Assembly: GCA_945860705.1 (NCBI GenBank)
Contig: CAMART010000009.1
Coordinates: forward strand, 38,248 to 102,247
Length of the DNA stretch: 64,000 nucleotides
Source of the DNA: Chitinophaga pinensis
Lineage (GTDB): Bacteria; Bacteroidota; Bacteroidia; Chitinophagales; CAMDFR01
Direction of reading: 5' to 3'
A program made the translations under genes and the position numbers. The notes beneath the pieces were generated by a model. That model was given only the letters and a program-made list of their open reading frames with translations, was not told where the DNA came from and ran no database searches. This document shows, in pieces, positions 59,043 to 64,000 of the stretch (position 1 is its first letter; each line of letters starts with the position of its first letter).

Positions 59043-60224
59043 ATGGATAGGAGAATAGCCATACTCTTACTCACTATTTTTATAGATTTATTAGGATTTG
59101 GTATAGTGATACCGATACTACCCAACTATGCCAAAGAACTTGGTGGCTCTGCTATGTGGACGGGTATTGTAGTAGGAATTTATGCATTATGTTCATTTAT
59201 TGCTACTCCTATATGGGGAAATCTGAGCGATAGATATGGTAGACGTCCATTACTTTTATATACAATAGTATTTAGTACTGTGGCTTATTTTATGTTTTCA
59301 TTTGCTACTACTATTTGGTTATTGCTGCTGTGTAGAGCCATTGCAGGACTTGGCTCGGGCAATATCAGTGTAGCACAAGCATATATCAGTGATGTGTCAT
59401 CACCTGAAAAAAGAACTAAAATGATGGGAATGATAGGTGCCGCATTTGGTATGGGTTTTATATTGGGTCCACCTATAGGTGGTTTTATAGCTGGAGAACT
59501 AGGTTTTGCATGGCTGGGCTATATCACAGCGATGCTCTGTGCTATCAATTTTATTTTGGCATATCTATTTTTAGAAGAATCTTTAGTAGAAAAGAAAACT
59601 AAAAAACTTCAAATCATTCCTATCGATTTATATAAGCAGAGTTTTTCTATCAAGCAACGAGCATTTATTTTTATTTACAATTTCTTTTTTGTGTCTGCAT
59701 TTTCTATGTTTCAGATCACTGCTACTTTGCTTTGGGAAGATAAGTATGGATATAACGAAAAACAAAGAGGTTATCTTTTTATGTTTATAGGATTGTGCAA
59801 TGCCATAGTGCAAGCAGGATTGATTTCGGTATTCAAAAAATATCTAAGCGAAAAAAAACTCGTCATCATTGGTTCAGTGACTATGGGTCTCTGTATTTTG
59901 TCTATTCCTTTTATGAGCAAAAATTTATTTATTCCATACCAACTCTTAGCGCTAGCTGTGATGACGATAGCCAATGGAGGAATAGGGCCAAGTCTACTCA
60001 CTACACTTTCGCTTACTGGTGAGTCAAATGAACAAGGGGCATTGATGGGTATTTTTCAGAGTATGGGTTCGCTTGCTAGACTTGCTGGGCCAGTGATTGG
60101 TAGCTTGTTGTATGCATATGATATACACGCACCATACATTTGTGCATTTGCTATTATGCTCTTTATTTTATTCCTTGTAAATGGTATTTTCAAGAAGCAG
60201 GAATCCTCTGTTTTGAGTGTATAA
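59043..60224 (+). CDS. MFS transporter (drug:H+ antiporter-like)
   Basis: GNLSDRYGRRP (MFS motif A) and a 12-TM profile. Confidence 0.8.
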   Translation: MDRRIAILLLTIFIDLLGFGIVIPILPNYAKELGGSAMWTGIVVGIYALCSFIATPIWGNLSDRYGRRPLLLYTIVFSTVAYFMFSFATTIWLLLLCRAIAGLGSGNISVAQAYISDVSSPEKRTKMMGMIGAAFGMGFILGPPIGGFIAGELGFAWLGYITAMLCAINFILAYLFLEESLVEKKTKKLQIIPIDLYKQSFSIKQRAFIFIYNFFFVSAFSMFQITATLLWEDKYGYNEKQRGYLFMFIGLCNAIVQAGLISVFKKYLSEKKLVIIGSVTMGLCILSIPFMSKNLFIPYQLLALAVMTIANGGIGPSLLTTLSLTGESNEQGALMGIFQSMGSLARLAGPVIGSLLYAYDIHAPYICAFAIMLFILFLVNGIFKKQESSVLSV

Positions 60225-60406
60225 ATTCTAAATTTAAATCTCAATTGAGAATTTTTTAAGACAGTTAGTAGTATTTTATTAATATTCGTAATTCGCTATT
60301 TCATATTCAGTAATACACAATTTGCATCATTTTAGCGTGGATAAATAGCCACAATGCCCCTTCTTATAATAGATAATTTAGCGTGTTTATTTATTTAATA
60401 TATTTT

Positions 60407-62689
60407 ATGAGAAAAATTCAACTTGCACTTTGTTGCATCATCGCTATATTATTGCTAAGTATATCTACTGCATCTGCCCAAAAACAACTGGGAGGCGTAA
60501 AAGGATTTATCTTCAACGATAAGAATGCTGAACCACTGCCTTTTGCTACAGTAATTTTAGCTGGTACTAATAATGGAAGTGTTACAGATGTCAATGGTTT
60601 TTTCAATATAGTAAACGCTCCAGTAGGAAATTATAAACTGGTAGTAAAATATATCGGTTTTGTGAGTGATACGCAAGATATAGCTATAGAAGCCGGACAG
60701 ACCAAAAACATAAAAGTAAAACTAAAAGAACAAGAAAATGAGCTAGTTGAAATAAAAGTAGATGCTAAAAGACAAGAACGTAAAACTCAAACTCAGGTTT
60801 CTACCATTTCATTCAATACAAAAACCATAGAGCGAATTCCTACCATAGGTGGTGAGCCAGATTTGGCACAGTTTCTACAAATCATACCAGGTATTGTTTT
60901 TACTGGTGACCAAGGTGGTCAGATGTATGTGCGTGGTGGTGCAGCTATCAATACCTTGTTTCTTCTCGATGGTATGCCTATATACAATCCATTTCACTCT
61001 ATAGGTTTGTACTCTGTATACGAGACCGAAATCATCAAAAACGTAGATGTACTTACGGGTGGTTTTCCAGCAGAGTATGGCAATAGAACTAGTGCAGTAA
61101 TAGATGTGACTACACGTGATGGAAATAAAAAACGAATCAGTGGCAAAGTAACTGGAAACCCATTTATGGCGAAAGCATTGGTAGAAGGTCCTATGTGGAA
61201 ATATAAAGAAGATAAAGGAATTGGTACTTTCTTGGTAACAGGAAAATACTCATATATAGATAAAGTTGCTCCAGGATTGTATCCCTATGTAAGTGGAGGG
61301 ATACCATATAGCTTTCAAGATATTTATGCTAAAACTACATTTAGTACGAAGAGTGGTAGTAAGTTCGAAATGTTTGGGTTCAATTTTAGAGACAGAGCTA
61401 ACTTTGTAAATATAGCAGATACAAGATGGAATGCATTTGGTGTTGGTGCTAATTTCACTTTGGTGCCTGTAAGAGGAAAATTCTTTTTCAATACCATATT
61501 CAATTATTCAAATTATAAACTCAATCAAACAGAATTTGACAATAGACCTAGAAACTCATCTATAGGTGGATTTAATCTAGGAATGAATTTTACCTATTAT
61601 GTAAAAAATGGAGATATCAAATACGGTATACAAATAACAGGATTCAAAACGGTACTTGAGTTCTACAATGTATTAGGAAATAAAATAGATCAAAATCAAA
61701 ATACTACTGAGTTTGCAGCATATGCAAAATATAGAAAAAACTTTGGTAAGCTAGTGTTTGAACCAAGTATAAGATTCCAATATTATGGTTCGTTAGGAGA
61801 GATTTCTCCTGAGCCACGTCTTCGTTTGAAATATAATATTCACGACAAATTCAGAGTCAAATTTGCAACAGGTATGTTCTCGCAAAATCTAATCAGTAGT
61901 AAATCTGATAGAGATGTAGTGAATTTATTCAATGGCTTTTTATCAGGTCCAGAAGATAGACTTACCAAAATAGATGGAGAAGAAGCAAAATCTAAATTGC
62001 AAAAATCTGTTCATGCAATATTAGGATTTGAATATGAGCCAATCAATAATCTTACATTGAATCTTGAGCCTTATTTAATCTATAATACACAACTCATCAA
62101 TATCAATAGAAATAAATTATTTCAAAGTGATCCAAACTATATGATAGAGAAAGGATATTCGTATGGAGTAGATTTCTTAGCAAAATATGAGAGTAAGAGA
62201 TTGTTTATATGGTTAGGATATTCACTAGCATGGAATAAAAGAAATGATGGCAATCAAATATATCCACCTCATTTTGATAGAAGACACAACGCCAATATAG
62301 CTGCAACTTATACATTTGGTAAAAAACTCAATTGGGAAGTGAGTGCTCGTTTCAATCTTGGAAGTGGATTTCCGTTTACTCGTACTGCCGGATTCTACGA
62401 AGATTTACAGCTAGGAAATGGTATCAATACTAATATCAATGGTGAGAATGGAACAGTAGGTATCATGTACGAAACTAAATTGAATAACGGAAGATTGCCT
62501 ATTTATCATAGACTTGATTTAGGATTGAAGAAAAAATGGCAACTAGGAAAAAGAGTAGAAATAGAGTCGAATCTTGGGCTTTCAAATGTATATAATAGAA
62601 ACAATTTATTTTATATAAATAGAGTGACTCAAGAAAAAGTTTTTCAACTTCCTATACTACCGACAATAGGTTTTGCGTTTAAGTTTTAA
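60407..62689 (+). CDS. TonB-dependent receptor (CarboxypepD_reg N-terminus)
   Basis: Signal peptide, then GGVKGFIFNDKNAEPLPFATV, a plug region and a C-terminal ...GFAFKF. ATG at 60407 preferred over GTG at 60383. Confidence 0.8.
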   Translation: MRKIQLALCCIIAILLLSISTASAQKQLGGVKGFIFNDKNAEPLPFATVILAGTNNGSVTDVNGFFNIVNAPVGNYKLVVKYIGFVSDTQDIAIEAGQTKNIKVKLKEQENELVEIKVDAKRQERKTQTQVSTISFNTKTIERIPTIGGEPDLAQFLQIIPGIVFTGDQGGQMYVRGGAAINTLFLLDGMPIYNPFHSIGLYSVYETEIIKNVDVLTGGFPAEYGNRTSAVIDVTTRDGNKKRISGKVTGNPFMAKALVEGPMWKYKEDKGIGTFLVTGKYSYIDKVAPGLYPYVSGGIPYSFQDIYAKTTFSTKSGSKFEMFGFNFRDRANFVNIADTRWNAFGVGANFTLVPVRGKFFFNTIFNYSNYKLNQTEFDNRPRNSSIGGFNLGMNFTYYVKNGDIKYGIQITGFKTVLEFYNVLGNKIDQNQNTTEFAAYAKYRKNFGKLVFEPSIRFQYYGSLGEISPEPRLRLKYNIHDKFRVKFATGMFSQNLISSKSDRDVVNLFNGFLSGPEDRLTKIDGEEAKSKLQKSVHAILGFEYEPINNLTLNLEPYLIYNTQLININRNKLFQSDPNYMIEKGYSYGVDFLAKYESKRLFIWLGYSLAWNKRNDGNQIYPPHFDRRHNANIAATYTFGKKLNWEVSARFNLGSGFPFTRTAGFYEDLQLGNGINTNINGENGTVGIMYETKLNNGRLPIYHRLDLGLKKKWQLGKRVEIESNLGLSNVYNRNNLFYINRVTQEKVFQLPILPTIGFAFKF

Positions 62690-62701
62690 TATCAAAGAAA
62701 A

Positions 62702-64000
62702 ATGCTAAAAAAATATTTTTATAGTTCGCTTATTTTAATAGCAAGTCTTTTTGTAGTGCAAGCACAAGAATCTCAATCTATGATTGATGATAATGCTCAT
62801 TACAAAAATGGTGTAGCTCTTTATGAATCTGGTCAGTTATTAGCCGCTCGCAAAGAATTTGAAATATATACCGAGCAATACAGAAATTCATTAGTCAATC
62901 AAAACTCTGTGAAGTATAGCAATGCGTTTTATTATATAGGAGCAGTTGCTACAGATTTGCAACAGCCCGATGCAGAAAAAATATTGCTAGACTATATTCA
63001 TAACTCACATGAAACTGCACTAAGAAGATTGGCCTATTTTCAATTAGGAAAAATTTCTCTGCGCAAAAATGATTATGACAATGCCATTAGTTGGTTCGAG
63101 AAAGTGACTAAAAAAGATTTGAATAATGCACAAAGAGTAGAATATAGTTTCAAACTGGGTTATGCATATTTTGTAAATAAAGAATTTGACAAAGCAAAAC
63201 CGTTATTCAAAGAAGTGAAAGCGTTTGATAATATATATAGCAATGATGCCAACTATTATTATGGCTATATCGCTTTTACTGATGGAGATTACAGTGCAGC
63301 ACAAACGAGTTTTGAAGCAATACAAAATATAGATGCATATAAAAGTTCTGTGCCATACTACTTGGCTCAGATATATTTTATGAAAGAAAACTATGATAAA
63401 GTAATCAGCTATGCAAAGCCATACGTAGCAGATGACAAACTCAAATATCAAGTAGATATGATGCAGCTTTTAGGTCAGTCGTATTACTATAAAAATGATT
63501 ACACCAATGCAGCATTTTATCTTAAAAAATACATTGATAAAACACCTAAAGTAAAAAAAGAATTATTATATCAATTAGCGTTTTCTCAATATAAAAATAA
63601 TGATATAGATGCAGCTATAATCAATTTCAAACAGTTTAGTATAGTTGATGATTCATTAGGACAAAATGCAATGTATGCACTTGCCAATTGTTATTTGAAA
63701 AAAAATAATTTGGAAGAAGCGAAAACTGCTTATGCAGCTGCAATGCGAATGAATGGCGACGCATCTATCAAAGAACTAGCTAATACTAATTTTATAAAAT
63801 TGGCTTACCAGCTAGAAGACTATAATACGGTAGTGAATAGCGCACCAGATTTTATCAATACCTATTCAAAAAGTGAAAGCATCAATGATATCAATCAAAT
63901 ATTAGCTACTTCGCTTTTGAAAACTAAAAACTATAAAGAAGCTATAAAAGTAATTGAAGGAATTAAAAATAAAAATGCTATATTAAACAAAGCATATCAG
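62702..64000 (+). CDS. TPR-repeat protein, N-terminal part (runs off the window end)
   Basis: I translated this frame by hand. It is open from ATG 62702 to the window end. It has a signal peptide (LIASLFVVQAQ) and repeated A..Y..G...Y....Y..A...F TPR-like units. It is missing from the ORF track because it is truncated. Confidence 0.7.
   Translation, partial: MLKKYFYSSLILIASLFVVQAQESQSMIDDNAHYKNGVALYESGQLLAARKEFEIYTEQYRNSLVNQNSVKYSNAFYYIGAVATDLQQPDAEKILLDYIHNSHETALRRLAYFQLGKISLRKNDYDNAISWFEKVTKKDLNNAQRVEYSFKLGYAYFVNKEFDKAKPLFKEVKAFDNIYSNDANYYYGYIAFTDGDYSAAQTSFEAIQNIDAYKSSVPYYLAQIYFMKENYDKVISYAKPYVADDKLKYQVDMMQLLGQSYYYKNDYTNAAFYLKKYIDKTPKVKKELLYQLAFSQYKNNDIDAAIINFKQFSIVDDSLGQNAMYALANCYLKKNNLEEAKTAYAAAMRMNGDASIKELANTNFIKLAYQLEDYNTVVNSAPDFINTYSKSESINDINQILATSLLKTKNYKEAIKVIEGIKNKNAILNKAYQ

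Noticed and set aside
60225-60256. A terminator hairpin after the MFS gene (AAATTCT ... AGAATTT, inner TCTCAATTGAGA).
   Set aside because: The stems are AT-only and the loops are either too tight or too long. This is not convincing enough to annotate.

Overview
This is an AT-rich chromosomal segment from a Bacteroidota-type bacterium. The assignment rests on type IX secretion (T9SS) C-terminal sorting domains, a PorP/SprF gene, four TonB-dependent receptors, three with CarboxypepD_reg-like N-termini, and TAnnTTTG-type -7 promoter boxes. Most of the window is ordinary housekeeping: ssb, an acyl-CoA dehydrogenase, a polyprenyl synthetase, pgk, gap, yggS, miaA, a CCA-adding enzyme, folD, queE, purL, era, msrB, and three tRNAs (Glu-UUC, Leu-CAA, initiator Met). 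Three modules look accessory. One is a T9SS cargo module at 11.9-20.2 kb (PorP/SprF, an OmpA-family protein, a 1142-aa type-B CTD adhesin, and an 8-repeat type-A CTD protein). The second is a compact cluster at 20.5-25.9 kb (ACP, ketosynthase, ketosynthase-like protein, deacetylase, LolA-like protein). The third is an arsenic operon at 29.7-32.4 kb (arsR, DUF6428, arsC, acr3). I found no transposase, integrase, CRISPR array, rRNA, or recognisable defence system. The signals not explained by the gene list are all non-coding. (1) A tandem array of five units with a 138-bp period lies between queE and a BtuF-like gene, and each unit has conserved hairpins. (2) Tracts with 7-bp periodicity sit at or in register with the stop codons of about ten genes, placing stop triplets in all three frames. 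(3) A multi-hairpin leader of about 100 nt precedes the ACP/KS cluster. (4) A 95-bp tandem duplication with hairpins lies upstream of tRNA-Leu. (5) A nitroreductase gene is interrupted by one in-frame TAG. All functional calls come from reading the translated ORFs and motifs by eye. No database search was run.
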